NCBI GenBank assembly: GCA_963422365.1
Contig: OY729426.1
Coordinates: 1,344,001-1,408,000, forward strand
Reading direction: 5' to 3'
DNA length: 64,000 nt
DNA from: Nitrospirales bacterium
GTDB taxonomy: Bacteria; Nitrospirota; Nitrospiria; Nitrospirales; UBA8639
Below are positions 1 through 11,025 of this stretch, piece after piece (within the stretch, counting starts at the first letter, position 1; each line of letters opens with the position of its first letter). Under the pieces are notes generated by a model, which made no database searches, was not told the origin of the DNA, and worked only from the letters and a program-made list of their open reading frames with translations. A program made the position numbers and the translations under genes.

Positions 1-30
1 TCAAACCTCCTGACCTTTTCGTAATGCGTT

Positions 31-1395
31 TCACCATAGGCGAGGATTAACGTCAAAGATATCCTTCGCCAAATATTCACGAACCAGTTCGACTGACCAC
101 GGTTCCTCCAATTGTTTGTTCTCAACGTCTTTGACGAGTTGATCGGCGGATGCGAAGCTCCCGCTGAGAGACGTCCCACGCCTCTCAAAAAACTCGGACC
201 GACTAAGAACGACTGAAATATCATCCGTTGGCGCACGCCATTCGTATGCGACGGCAACGTGCTTTGACGTCTTTCCACCGTTATCAAAATGGACTGCTCC
301 AGTCAAGCGGAGTGATGAGGATTCGACCTGGAGTCGTAGTTCCTCTTCGAGTTCCCTGACGGCGCAATGAATGAGTGCATCGCCGTTGACGGCATCTTCG
401 CATCGAACGTGTCCTCCAGCCCAAATGACGATCTTATTATGAAGGACGTTATCATTCGTTTTTTCACGGCGGCGGAGACGAAGCACGTGACCGCTCGCAT
501 TCCGAACAATGACGATCGGAAGTGCCTGGACGCGCGATGCGTCTTCTTCCACTTCATCTCTGGGGCGAAAATTGCCGTCGCTATTTTCACGGAAGTGTCT
601 GGTCAGTTCGTCTACTTGTGAATCACCAATGAAATTCCTATTGCCAAATAATTTCGTCACGACTTCCTTGGAGCATGAAAGAATATTTTCAGCGATCTGT
701 CCTTCTATCAAACTGACAATGGCTTCAGCGATTACTTCTGCCGTCCGTTTGGGATTGTCTTTGGTTTCACCATTAGAAGTATTGACTGGATATATCGGGA
801 ACTCCCGCCCAAGCTGGTCAACGCATTGTTCATTGATTTCTTGAACCTGCCGGAGCACGTCACGATTCATGATTGATCCCCCTTCTCCTTTCACAGGGAG
901 TCACCCTTGCTCGCGCTTCATGGCATCCGATGGAGATGCCAGCATCACAAAAACAGCCGAGATTCGTTTCCTCCAATCGTCAATCGTGAGGAATTGCTGG
1001 ATGAGTTCTCTTTCATCTTGGCGGATGCGCGAAATACGTTCCATCATGATCATCCAACAGATGGAGTCATAGAGTCCTCGGTCAAGAAAGAGAATCTGAG
1101 GATCGTCTGGTCGGGGTGGGTTTTGCGTTTTTTCCAAGATTTGAGCAAGTGTTGTGCAGGCAGTCCAGACGTTGAAATTCACGTGTTTCTTATCTCGAAT
1201 CGGACAAATTGAAGCACGTTCAACAACGACGTCGGTTCGGAAACCACAACGCTTGAGAAACGTCTGCACGTGTGAGATCGTGGTGGTCTTGCCCGCTTTT
1301 GGAACTCCCGCGAATTCGATGACCAATGGTTTTCGTGCCTTTTCAGCAAATTGTTCCGCTGCGCGTTCAGCGCGGATTTGAAGATTTGACTTCAT
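31..1395 (-). pseudogene. Thymidylate-kinase-like P-loop domain fused to a NUDIX hydrolase, split by one in-frame TGA at 901-903
   Basis: ORF 901..1395 has EFAGVPKAGKTT (Walker A) and FLDRG (TMK-like). ORF 31..894 continues in the same frame (REQG*LPVKGEGG) and carries a NUDIX box (AGGHVRCED...AVRELEEEL). Confidence 0.7.
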
Positions 1396-1618
1396 GGACG
1401 TGTGGTCCTCTGTATCCTCAGACGCTTGACTCCTGAAAGCTTCATTCGACAGTCTTTCATGTCTTGATGAGGATAGTGGCTATCCTTTAATTGGTTCCTT
1501 TGTCTAGGATGGGTGCAGTATACGGTTCGAAAAGTTACGATTTAACTCATTGCACTTCTTCCGTACAGCACAGCCGCGTCATACATCAGGCAGGAAGAGT
1601 GCATGGCATTGAAAACCT

Positions 1619-2932
1619 ATGAACAAACAGAAGGAATTTGGTGACTTTCAGACTCCGAACGATTTAGCGGCGTATGTGGTCGCCTTGGTTGCTGAATTGT
1701 TTGGTTGACCTGATCTTGTTGTTGAGCCGACAGTCGGTCTTGGCGCATTTCTTCGCGCATCTCAAGGCGAATGGGGTCGTGTTTGCCGTTACGAAGGTTA
1801 CGAAATCAATCATGACGATGTTTATGCAACAAGCCGGAGTTTGTCGGATTTGGGAATCAGGCTTTGCCGGCAAGATTTTTTCTCCGCTGACTGGCATCGA
1901 ATTCTCAGGAAAGAGAGTGCACACCACATTCTGGTTTTGGGCAATCCTCCTTGGGCGGGCTTGAGTCATCCAAGCTATTTCGCATTGATGCAAAAACGCA
2001 TTTTGGCGTTGCGGTTGATGCCTGCCTGTTTTTCGCTTCTGGAAAGCGTACTGAAGATCGCATCGCCACAATCTATTCCAGGCTTGACTTGGATTCCGAG
2101 GCGACGGAATTTGGATTGGTCGATGGCAATCTCGTTTCTGATGTCGAGGCCTAGACGACGTTTCGAAAACTAGATGGCGGTTCCCCTTACGCTTGGCGAT
2201 CAGGCATGAAGCATGATGCATCTCAGGTGATGGAGTTTTCACGATGGAATGGACGCTTTGTGAACGGTCTGGATGAAGCAGTCGAACTCGAGGAAGAGTT
2301 CGTATATTCCCTCCTCAAGTCTTCAGATTTAGGAAGTTGTAGAGCGACTCCTCGCAAGGTCGTGTTCGTTACGCAACGCCATACTGGTGATGACACCAGT
2401 TCAATCAGAGACGTGGCTCCTCAGACTTGGAGATACCTGGAGGATCACTCCGAGAAGCTGGATTCACGGAAAAGTTCGATCTATCAGAATCGCCCACGAT
2501 TCAGCATTTTCGGAATCGGTGACTATTCTTTTTGCCCCTTGGAAGGTCGCCATATCAGGTCTCTACAAATCTTTCACTTTTGTTGTTGTCCCCCCAGAAA
2601 ATGGTCGCCCCGTCATGGTCGATGACACATGCTATTCACTACCCTGCACGTGCGAGAAAGAAGCTCGTTTACTCTGTGACCTCTTCAATGCTGGCCCAGC
2701 ACAACACTTCCTTTGGTCCCTTGTCTTTAAGGAGATTCCAAGCGTCCAATCACGGTCGAGGTCCTGCGCCGACTTTCTTTGGTCAACGTTGCCAAAATGG
2801 GGGGCCGCATGGATGAATTGATAGAATGCATGGTATCCGAGGCCGACCTGCTGGACGGCGGGCAACAGCAACTCAGTCTCATCATGGAGAGAGAAAATAC
2901 ATATCAAACAAGGCTGTGCAGCCAACACAAAT
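1619..2932 (+). pseudogene. Degraded N6-adenine DNA methyltransferase (type II RM-like)
   Basis: Fragments read MNKQKEFGDFQTP...*PDLVVEPTVGLGAF (SAM-binding motif I), LGNPPW (motif IV), then ...RKSSIY.NRPRFSIFGIGDYSF / APWKVAISGLYK. Several stops and frameshifts. Confidence 0.8.
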
Positions 2933-3319
2933 GAGTGCCAAGCCCTGTTGTCACGCCTTGGTGATCCGTTACCATAACAGCGATTTGCAGGGATAACTGC
3001 TTTGCCGGAGAAACCGGGCTGGAAATACGGAAATCCGAATTCCCAAAAACTCAGCCACGGCGTGCTGTCCACGGCCATGAAAGTATTGACACGTATTCCT
3101 GAAAAGAGATATATAAGCATTTCGCTTCCATACCTTGACCGCCAATCCTCCTAGCACTGCGAAAACGACCATGGCAAGCTGGGTACGAGTCCGTATACCC
3201 CCCCGGAACTGCTTGCTTCTCTCACGGGTCAGCGCCTTGGAGCTCAACCATGAGACTCGAGAGGGGTCATGACGTATGAACCGTCATTGCACAAACCCTC
3301 ATGGAGTAAAAATTTTTCT

Positions 3320-4432
3320 ATGAGCAAGATCAAAGTTGCCGTTGTCGGTGTGGGGAATTGTGCAAGTTCCCTCATTCAAGGGATCTCTTATTACAGTGAT
3401 AAAAAGCCCGATGATGCCATTGGGTTGATGCATTGGGAGATAGGCGGGTATCGACCGTCCGACGTTGAGGTCGTGGCTGCCTATGATATCGACACACGCA
3501 AGGTAGGGACGGATGTCAACAAAGCCATCTTTGTCGAACCCAATTGCACGACGGTATTTTGTTCTGATTTACCGGAAACGGCCGTACAAGTCAGAATGGG
3601 GAAAATTTTGGATGGCGTTTCCCCCCATATGAGCGAGTACCCCGATCGGTACACGTTTCTTGTCGGGAAGGAACCCGAGCCGACAAAGGACGCAGTCGTC
3701 AAGATCTTAAAAGAGTCCGGCACCGAGGTGCTCCTGAACTATCTGCCGGTCGGCTCGGAGAAGGCCACGCGGTTTTATGCCGAATGTGCCTTGGAGTCCG
3801 GTGCGGCCTTTATCAACAATATCCCGGTGTTTATTGCGAGCGATTCGCTATGGGCGAAGCGGTTTGAGGAAAAAAATCTTCCTCTCATCGGCGACGATAT
3901 CAAGGCGCAGCTAGGGGCCACCATTACACACCGTGTTCTAACGGACCTCTTCAAAAAGCGAGGGGTCAGGCTGGAACGAACCTATCAGTTGAATACAGGA
4001 GGCAATACGGACTTCCTGAACATGCTCAATCACAGCCGTTTGGCCTCGAAAAAGGAATCCAAAACAGAAGCCGTGCAATCCGCTGCGGCCGAGCGGATAG
4101 ACCATGAAAATATCCATATCGGCCCGAGTGATTATGTCGCATGGCAAAAAGACAACAAGGTCTGTTTCCTTCGCATGGAAGGAAAATTGTTTGGCGACAT
4201 CCCGATGAACCTTGAGTTGCGGCTGTCCGTGGAAGATTCTCCTAATTCTGCGGGCGTGGCTATTGATTCCATTCGGTGTGCCAAGCTTGCCCTCGAACGT
4301 GGGCAAGGTGGCGTGTTAGCCGCGCCTTCCGCCTATTTTTGTAAACACCCGCCTGAGCAGTTCAGCGATAGTGACGCCTATCACATGACTCAGGAATTTA
4401 TTGACGGAGGGCGGACCTGCGGAATGGCTTGA
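3320..4432 (+). CDS. ino1: myo-inositol-1-phosphate synthase
   Basis: VAVVGVGNCASSL, NYLPVGSE, IGDDIKAQLGAT, GGNTDFLNM and VEDSPNSAG motifs. Confidence 0.95.
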   Translation: MSKIKVAVVGVGNCASSLIQGISYYSDKKPDDAIGLMHWEIGGYRPSDVEVVAAYDIDTRKVGTDVNKAIFVEPNCTTVFCSDLPETAVQVRMGKILDGVSPHMSEYPDRYTFLVGKEPEPTKDAVVKILKESGTEVLLNYLPVGSEKATRFYAECALESGAAFINNIPVFIASDSLWAKRFEEKNLPLIGDDIKAQLGATITHRVLTDLFKKRGVRLERTYQLNTGGNTDFLNMLNHSRLASKKESKTEAVQSAAAERIDHENIHIGPSDYVAWQKDNKVCFLRMEGKLFGDIPMNLELRLSVEDSPNSAGVAIDSIRCAKLALERGQGGVLAAPSAYFCKHPPEQFSDSDAYHMTQEFIDGGRTCGMA

Positions 4433-4510
4433 TGCGTCGATTCCCCACTTCGTGAAGGATGAGGAACGGATTGCGTTCATGCGCGGGAAGCAGAAGCTAA
4501 GGAGTGAATC

Positions 4511-5293
4511 ATGGACGGCAATCCCGCGATGTACGACCATTTTTCCCACGTCGCTTCTTCCTATAGACATATTCGGCAAACCGATACGGAGCCCATCCTT
4601 TTCATCAGTGAGATCTTGAAGAATCTGCCCCAGGTTCAGGCCGCGGACATTGGATGTGGCGCCGGACGATATGACGTATTGCTCTTCCAACACGTCAAGA
4701 ACTTGTATTTGACGTGTATCGACCTGAATGAGTCGATGTTGCAACAAGCCTCTGAGTATCTCACGCATCATCACATTTCACAGTTTGAAACCCTCCGGGC
4801 GAACGGCAATGAGATTCCCCTTGACGATCGGTCAATGGATTGTGTGTTGACCTTTAATGCCATTCATCATTTTGATTTGATTCGGTTTGTGGAGAATGCC
4901 GCCAGAGTGATCAAGCCCAACGGAAACATTTTCATGTACACCCGGTTGAGAAGCCAAAATGCGAGAAATATCTGGGGGCAATATTTCCCATCATTTACGG
5001 AAAAAGAAACCCGACTCTATGAACTGGATGAGATTGAAGAAGGGATACGGGCTGTTGAGGGGGTACAGCTGAAACAGGTCAAACCGTTTCACTATCAACG
5101 AAAGGCGACCGTGGCACAATTAGCGGGAAGGGTTCAGGTGAGGCATTATTCCACCTTTTCGCTCTATGACGAAGAAGAATTGAAGAACGCCTTGGAAATC
5201 TTTCAAGCCAGTCTCAAACGCGCGTTCCACGATACCGTTGAGTGGGTTGATGCAAATATATTGTTGGTTCTGGAAACGAAGAGAGGGAACTGA
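4511..5293 (+). CDS. Class I SAM-dependent methyltransferase
   Basis: ADIGCGAG motif I, IDLN motif II, FNAIHHF. Confidence 0.85.
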   Translation: MDGNPAMYDHFSHVASSYRHIRQTDTEPILFISEILKNLPQVQAADIGCGAGRYDVLLFQHVKNLYLTCIDLNESMLQQASEYLTHHHISQFETLRANGNEIPLDDRSMDCVLTFNAIHHFDLIRFVENAARVIKPNGNIFMYTRLRSQNARNIWGQYFPSFTEKETRLYELDEIEEGIRAVEGVQLKQVKPFHYQRKATVAQLAGRVQVRHYSTFSLYDEEELKNALEIFQASLKRAFHDTVEWVDANILLVLETKRGN

Positions 5294-5375
5294 TCGTTAG
5301 GTGAGTTTGGTGCCTAGCGGCCCGGTCTATGGATACGGTTTCGGGATACGGTTTCGTGAACAAATCATGAACGCA

Positions 5376-6711
5376 TCATAGACTCATCATGTTTCCGGTT
5401 CTCCCCCGATCCTCGGCCCAAATAGTGCCATTTCGGAAAATTAAAGTCGGATGTGATGGAGTTCGGCTGGAGTAGCACGGCTCCAGCGAGAAGCGGATAA
5501 TGCCCCATTCGCAAAAACGCTCAAGGGTCTCCCCTGTTTTTTCAGGAAGGCTGATGATCATGGGGACAAGAAAGTCTATAGGGCATTGGATGATGGCCTC
5601 GGGATAGGCTGCGACCAATTGAGCCCCCCCCTTCTTTTTGCAGCACGTCCCCCTTTCCATTGAACCATAGGTCCGCACTCTCAACCGTATGATGGCGGAG
5701 CAGGTCAAGCGCCTTGTCAATGAGGATGATGTTTTCTTTGAGATTGAGTTTGACGGATTTGCCGAGCCGCAAAAGTGCTGCCAGCGCATCGTCTACAAGG
5801 ATGCACTCCTCACCCTCCACCATAGGAGTTTTGACACAGGAATCATGGCGCAGGATGACCTGTTCTTTCCTCGGATCAAGGCGTACATCGAGTTCAGCCC
5901 ATGGACATTAGTGGATGTTGCAAATTACCGTAAGTGCGCCTCATCGTTCACCCCATGCCAGACAAACTGGACATGTCGAGGTAAGGTGCTTTCAGGAATT
6001 AACTCGGTAATATCATCTGTATTGCCTCTTACCGAATGGGAGGGTAAGTGTTTACGCTTGGACTCAAAGATCATACTGGCGTGGAGCAAGAGAATCTCAT
6101 GATGGATGTCCTGTTCTGAGACGGCCAGAAGATTGTCCGGCTCATTATCGATGTATCCGCATATGCGATATCCTTTTCGTTGAAAGTCCCGGACCCCTTC
6201 TGCCTTCGAATCACTGACGTTCTTTTCCCATCCATGAGGGTTCATCGACAACAGCTCATTCGCAAACGTGACCTTATATTCCTTGCCTAACGCATTAAGG
6301 GAACGAAGGGTGTCTGCTCGAAGGAGTTCGGGTTGAGGCCCACCGAGGTATTCGGTTGCATCTGAAACCATCGGATGGCCTCCATTACGCCTTCAAAGGG
6401 ACGGTGGGATTCCAGGATGGCCTCGGAGGACCAGCGACGTTCGACGTACCAGTTCATCACCGCTTCCCGTTGCGTTTGGGAAAGCACGAAGGTCCTGACG
6501 AAAGGGTCTATCTGGTTTTCATGCATCATGATCTCTGAAATCGTCAGGGTGTGAAAGAAACTGGTGGCATGTCGCTGATCAAAAGATTTGAGAACATGCA
6601 GCATCATGTACCGCATAGCCAAAATGGTCCCATTAATATCGAAGGTGACCATTCAGTGATCGGCAGGATAGAGAGTCCTTGTTTTTTCGTAATGCAAGGA
6701 AAGTTTTTTCA
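5376..6711 (-). pseudogene. Fragmented HAD-like phosphatase fused to a PLC/GDPD-like (DUF2181-type) phosphodiesterase
   Basis: Joined fragments give FDINGTI (degenerate HAD motif I), GYIDNEPDNL, then WHGVN...AELDVR...ILRHD...KLNLKE. Multiple stops and frameshifts. Confidence 0.55.
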
Positions 6712-6936
6712 TCCAATTTTGTTCTTTGAGCATCATGGCAGTCGTTACGCCCATCCTAAGGAATCGCCGGGAACAATCTCGCAAAAATCATGATGAGATG
6801 TTGCAAAAAATGCCTAGGCTCTTACTCTATGGTAGATCGGCAGTATTAAGTTGAAATGAAATGCCTATCAATACAGTGTAAAGATGAACGCTGGCTTTGA
6901 CGTGCCACGAGATGACAACAGGGAGAAGCTGACGCG

Positions 6937-7695
6937 ATGATTGCCCTCACCCGTCAGCCTGCGTTTTCGCTTGTGAATTGTGAAGTCAGGCATGTTCCTC
7001 GCCTAGGGATTGACCTTCCCCTGGCCTTCCAGCAACATGAAGCGTATTGCCGGGCCCTGCGGCAAATGGGTGTGGAGGTTGACGTTCTTCCACCCGAAGA
7101 CGCGTTTCCCGATAGTGTCTTTATCGAAGACAACGCCATGATCCTGGATGAATTGGCGGTGACGGCTTCGATGGGGACGGCGTCGCGGCAGGGCGAACCC
7201 GCGTTGCTTTTTCCCGTTCTTGCTCGACACCGTCGCCTCGTGGCGATATCGCCGCCTGCAACGATTGAAGGCGGGGACGTGTTGCGCATGGGGAAACGAT
7301 TGTACGTCGGAGTCTCGGCACGAACGAATCATGCGGGGGTGGACGCCCTCCGAGCGATCGCGGAGCCCTTGGGCTATGGAGTGACGCCTATCGAAATCCG
7401 CGGGTGCCTCCATCTGAAAACGGCGTGCACGTCTCTTGACGATGAGACGTTCTTGGTGAACCCGGCTTGGCTTGATGGGGGTGCATTGGGAACGTGTCGG
7501 TTGTTACACGTTCCGGCCGAAGAACCGTTTGGAGCGAACGTATTACGCTTGCCCATGGGCGTGCTGGTTCAGGCCTCATCCCCATTGACGCGCGAGGTCA
7601 TCGAGGCGCAGGGGTATGCCGTCGCAAGCGTTGAACTGAGCGAGTTTTCCAAGGCCGAAGCGGGCCTGACCTGTTTAAGCCTGCTCATTGAGTAA
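6937..7695 (+). CDS. Dimethylarginine dimethylaminohydrolase / amidinotransferase family
   Basis: FPDSVFIED, IEGGDV, LHLKT and C-terminal LTCLS with the catalytic Cys. Confidence 0.9.
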   Translation: MIALTRQPAFSLVNCEVRHVPRLGIDLPLAFQQHEAYCRALRQMGVEVDVLPPEDAFPDSVFIEDNAMILDELAVTASMGTASRQGEPALLFPVLARHRRLVAISPPATIEGGDVLRMGKRLYVGVSARTNHAGVDALRAIAEPLGYGVTPIEIRGCLHLKTACTSLDDETFLVNPAWLDGGALGTCRLLHVPAEEPFGANVLRLPMGVLVQASSPLTREVIEAQGYAVASVELSEFSKAEAGLTCLSLLIE

Positions 7696-7777
7696 GCCGA
7701 GATGTTTGGGTTGAGCGTAAGGGTTTTTGCTTGTCTTGCATTGGGTCTACTTCCTACCTACAATCCGGGTACGGCCC

Positions 7778-8488
7778 ATGACGCGTCCAGCCAAAACTTC
7801 TAAAAAGTCCAAATCGATTCCGTCTGCCCAAGCCAACCTTGATCGGGGAACAAAGCGACGTTTCCAAATTCGTTTGCTCAAATGGTATGACGAATGTGGA
7901 CGCGACCTGCCTTGGCGGCGGACCGTAGACCCGTACAGAATTCTTGTCTCTGAAGTGATGCTTCAGCAGACACAAGTCGATCGAGTCATTCCCAAATACC
8001 ACGAGTTCTTGGAAAAATATCCGACGCTTAAAGATTTAGCGAAGGCCGAACCTGACGACGTCCGCGAGACATGGTATCCGCTCGGGTATAACGTTCGTCC
8101 CTACCGCCTCCATAGCATTGCGTGTGAGACCGTGGCCCATTACGGGGGGAAGATTCCACGGGATTCGGAACAACTGCAGTCGATGAAAGGGATTGGCCGG
8201 TATACCGCTGGAGCGGTTCGTGCCTTTGCCTTTCATGAAGATGCGCCGATTGTCGATACGAACGTGATGCGGGTGCTGCATCGAGTCTTTATGGGAAAGG
8301 GCGATCCGAAAACGCAAAAATCTAAACTCTGGGCCCTGTCGGAAGCACTGATCCCTAAAGGCAAAGGGTATGACTTCAATCAAGCCCTCATGGATTTTGG
8401 CGCGGAGGTGTGTACCGCGCGAAATCCTTACTGTCTGTATTGCCCGATGCGAGAATTTTGTAAGGCGTATCCTATGGAACCAAAATAG
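7778..8488 (+). CDS. mutY: A/G-specific adenine glycosylase, short form without C-terminal NUDIX-like domain
   Basis: RDLPWR, VSEVMLQQTQV, HhH GIGRYTA, VDTNV and Fe-S motif CTARNPYCLYCP...C. Confidence 0.9.
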   Translation: MTRPAKTSKKSKSIPSAQANLDRGTKRRFQIRLLKWYDECGRDLPWRRTVDPYRILVSEVMLQQTQVDRVIPKYHEFLEKYPTLKDLAKAEPDDVRETWYPLGYNVRPYRLHSIACETVAHYGGKIPRDSEQLQSMKGIGRYTAGAVRAFAFHEDAPIVDTNVMRVLHRVFMGKGDPKTQKSKLWALSEALIPKGKGYDFNQALMDFGAEVCTARNPYCLYCPMREFCKAYPMEPK

Positions 8489-8499
8489 TTGTGTTGGGT

Positions 8500-8913
8500 A
8501 TGGCTGAGAAGGAGATCCTCCAGGTCGCTGCTGCGGTGATTGAACACCGGGGACGGTATTTGATCACATGTCGGGAAGCCGGTGTGCCTTTAGCGGGGTA
8601 TTGGGAGTTTCCCGGTGGGAAGCGCGAAGCAGACGAAACGTTCGAGGCCTGTGCCCGTCGCGAGGTTTTTGAAGAATTGGGAATTGAGATAACGGCGCCA
8701 AGGCCTTTGACGATTACATACCATGAATATCCAGACAAAAGCGTGGAGTTGCACTTTTTCACGTGTTCCCTGTCCCACGGTGACCCGCGACCACTGGGTT
8801 GCGTTGACTTCCGATGGGTGAGGCCCGAGGAGTTAGCCGAGTATTCCTTTCCTCCTGCTGACGTCCCGGTCGTGGCTCGCTTGATGAAACTGGCCGGGAG
8901 ACAAGACGCTTAA
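8500..8913 (+). CDS. mutT: 8-oxo-dGTP diphosphatase (NUDIX)
   Basis: WEFPGGK...ARREVFEELG and FPPAD. Confidence 0.85.
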   Translation: MAEKEILQVAAAVIEHRGRYLITCREAGVPLAGYWEFPGGKREADETFEACARREVFEELGIEITAPRPLTITYHEYPDKSVELHFFTCSLSHGDPRPLGCVDFRWVRPEELAEYSFPPADVPVVARLMKLAGRQDA

Positions 8914-8941
8914 AAGAAGCGCATCATTTCGTTGACAGCCC

Positions 8942-9658
8942 ATGAAGGTCGTGCTGGACATTGAAACCATCCAAGCGCCTCGAGAAGAATGGGCGCGTTT
9001 GGTTGGGATTGATTCGGTCGCTCTTGAATCCTGCGAAGGGGGTAACGCGGATGATTTATTTACTCATGCTGAGGCTCGGGAGCAACGGGAGAAAGAAGAT
9101 GAACGGTATGAGCGGTCGGCGTTTGATGGAACCTTCAGCCGGATTGTGTGCATTGGGCTACTCGTGTTCTCCGACTCCATGGAGTGTCACGGTGCGGTGA
9201 GTTGGTATGGAGCTCATGAGGAAAAACTCCTTCGCCGGTTTTGGGCTCGTCTGGGCGAGCTTCGCCCCTCTCTTTTTATTACCCATAATGGATTGGGATT
9301 TGATCTCCCTTTTCTCAGAAAGCGTTCGATCATTCACCACGTCAAACCATCGATGGAGATCAGTTTGGCCAAATTTCGGACGGAGCCGGTCTATGACCTT
9401 ATGGCTGTGTGGAGCAACTGGGATATGCGAGGATGGGTCAAATTGGACGTGTTGGCACGTGCGTTACAAGTCGAAACTAAATCTGGAAGCGGCAAGCAAG
9501 TGGCTGAAATGTGGGCTCAAGGACGAAGACGAGAGATCGCCGAATATTGCCTGCGCGATACGTATGTCACCTATGCCTGTTACCAACGGATGACATTTCG
9601 TTCCACGCTTGGCAGTGACGTGATCCTCAAAAATCCTCAACTGATTGAGGTGAGTTAA
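8942..9658 (+). CDS. Stand-alone PolB-like 3'-5' exonuclease (DEDDy)
   Basis: LDIET, HNGLGFDLPF and YCLRD exo motifs. Confidence 0.8.
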   Translation: MKVVLDIETIQAPREEWARLVGIDSVALESCEGGNADDLFTHAEAREQREKEDERYERSAFDGTFSRIVCIGLLVFSDSMECHGAVSWYGAHEEKLLRRFWARLGELRPSLFITHNGLGFDLPFLRKRSIIHHVKPSMEISLAKFRTEPVYDLMAVWSNWDMRGWVKLDVLARALQVETKSGSGKQVAEMWAQGRRREIAEYCLRDTYVTYACYQRMTFRSTLGSDVILKNPQLIEVS

Positions 9659-10557
9659 GAGGGTTCCGCCTCTCGTTTCTTCAAGCGTTCTAGTTCTTGT
9701 TTCTGTCTGGACAATTCTCGCCGCAAGGATCGAATTTCTTCGAGGAGATCTTGTGAGTCGGATGGGGAAGAGGGGTCCAACCGCTGGAGAGGAATGGATT
9801 GGCCCAAAGGAATGACTGTCGGCGGAACGTGGCGTGGTGTGGAGTCGGGAGTCACTGGCTCTTTTTTGCTGTCCTTTGAGAAAGCCGTTCCGTCAAGCGT
9901 AGCAAGCAAGGCCATATCAATGGTCAGGTGGTGACGAGTCGGTGTTCCCTGGTACCAAGACGACGGTTGTTTCTTGACGGCGTTCTTTGGCAGAAATACC
10001 ACAATGGGATTTGTGCCCCCCAGGGAGTCGGGTCGCCTGGGTTTGGTTTTGGATTGAAGGCCATGACCCGATAAAGCAAGGGCCATATGCAGGTCATCAT
10101 GCTTGAGGGACAGAATGCCGGTTAGGTTTTGAAAATTTGATGACGGATGCAAGGGGATACGTATGGAGACATGTTCTTCCGCCGTCACTTGAAAAAAGGC
10201 GTGCCGTAAGTGAGTGGCCCAAAAGGTGACTTGAGTCGGGGAAAACAGGGGAGTCGGTCCTGCGCCACTGTCCACGAGTCGTTGAAGCCACCTGCCGGGG
10301 GATCGTCGATAGTGAAGACCGGTTAAAACCTTTTCAAATGTTTCGACTGAGATGTCAGCGGGATGGGAAGGGTGGTATGAGGCATCCGAGACAGTTCTCA
10401 GCCATACGGAGCCTTTCTGGTCCTCGTAAATGGAAGTTTCGACTCGAGGGGGTCCCAAACATCCCCCCAAACCTCCACTGAGGAACAATGTCCCTAGAAA
10501 GGCAATCGGCAAAATCCGTGAGCGAGCATTCATAGAATCACAAGAGTCAGGATTCAT
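9655..10557 (-). CDS. Hypothetical lipoprotein with C-terminal coiled coil
   Basis: 300-aa ORF, hydrophobic signal ending LGGC, coiled-coil-like tail. Confidence 0.65.
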   Translation of the reverse strand: MNPDSCDSMNARSRILPIAFLGTLFLSGGLGGCLGPPRVETSIYEDQKGSVWLRTVSDASYHPSHPADISVETFEKVLTGLHYRRSPGRWLQRLVDSGAGPTPLFSPTQVTFWATHLRHAFFQVTAEEHVSIRIPLHPSSNFQNLTGILSLKHDDLHMALALSGHGLQSKTKPRRPDSLGGTNPIVVFLPKNAVKKQPSSWYQGTPTRHHLTIDMALLATLDGTAFSKDSKKEPVTPDSTPRHVPPTVIPLGQSIPLQRLDPSSPSDSQDLLEEIRSLRRELSRQKQELERLKKREAEPS

Positions 10558-10669
10558 ACCATATCAAAAATTTGAGCGGGTTGAAATGCCATTTTCCAAA
10601 GAAATCCGTATCCTCGGCATCTGCATCTGGTGATGCGAATTTTTGAACGCCAGTGCTTGAAGGAGAAAA

Positions 10670-10918
10670 CATGGAACTGAGTGCAAAAACTCTATGGCCC
10701 CTGTTTCCCTTGCTCCTGTTCGTGGTGGTGTGCCTGACTTCGGCCTTCGTGGTGGTCGTTCGTGGGAAGATGGATCGCGTCACTATCTGGATTCAAGCCG
10801 GAGCCCTCACGTGCATCGGCCTTTTTTGATCTTGACTCAAGTCCTGATGGTGTGGGCGATTATTCGATATTGGAAGAAACGACGGCGTTCCCTTCTTCTT
10901 TTAAACGTCATGGCGTGA
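10670..10918 (+). pseudogene. Small membrane protein, frameshifted
   Basis: GGAG RBS then MELSAKTLWPLFPLLLFVVV...IGLF*. A second hydrophobic segment (LILTQVLMVWAIIRYWKKR) continues in another frame after a T-run near 10822. Confidence 0.4.
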
Positions 10919-11025
10919 GCGGCGATTTTAGGAGATGCCGCTTTGCATTCTCTTCTCGTACGGTAAAGCACACGAGAGAGGATCGTGCCGGAAATCGACA
11001 TGTGGCCCAAGCGCGCCAGAGGTCT

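Noticed and set aside
2632..3247. Minus-strand ORFs 2632..3120 and 2969..3247 as real genes
   Set aside because: No recognisable motifs, and one overlaps the MTase remnant on the other strand. Probably eroded sequence.
5331..5356. 13-bp tandem repeat GGATACGGTTTCG x2
   Set aside because: An isolated small duplication next to a pseudogene end, with no evidence of function.
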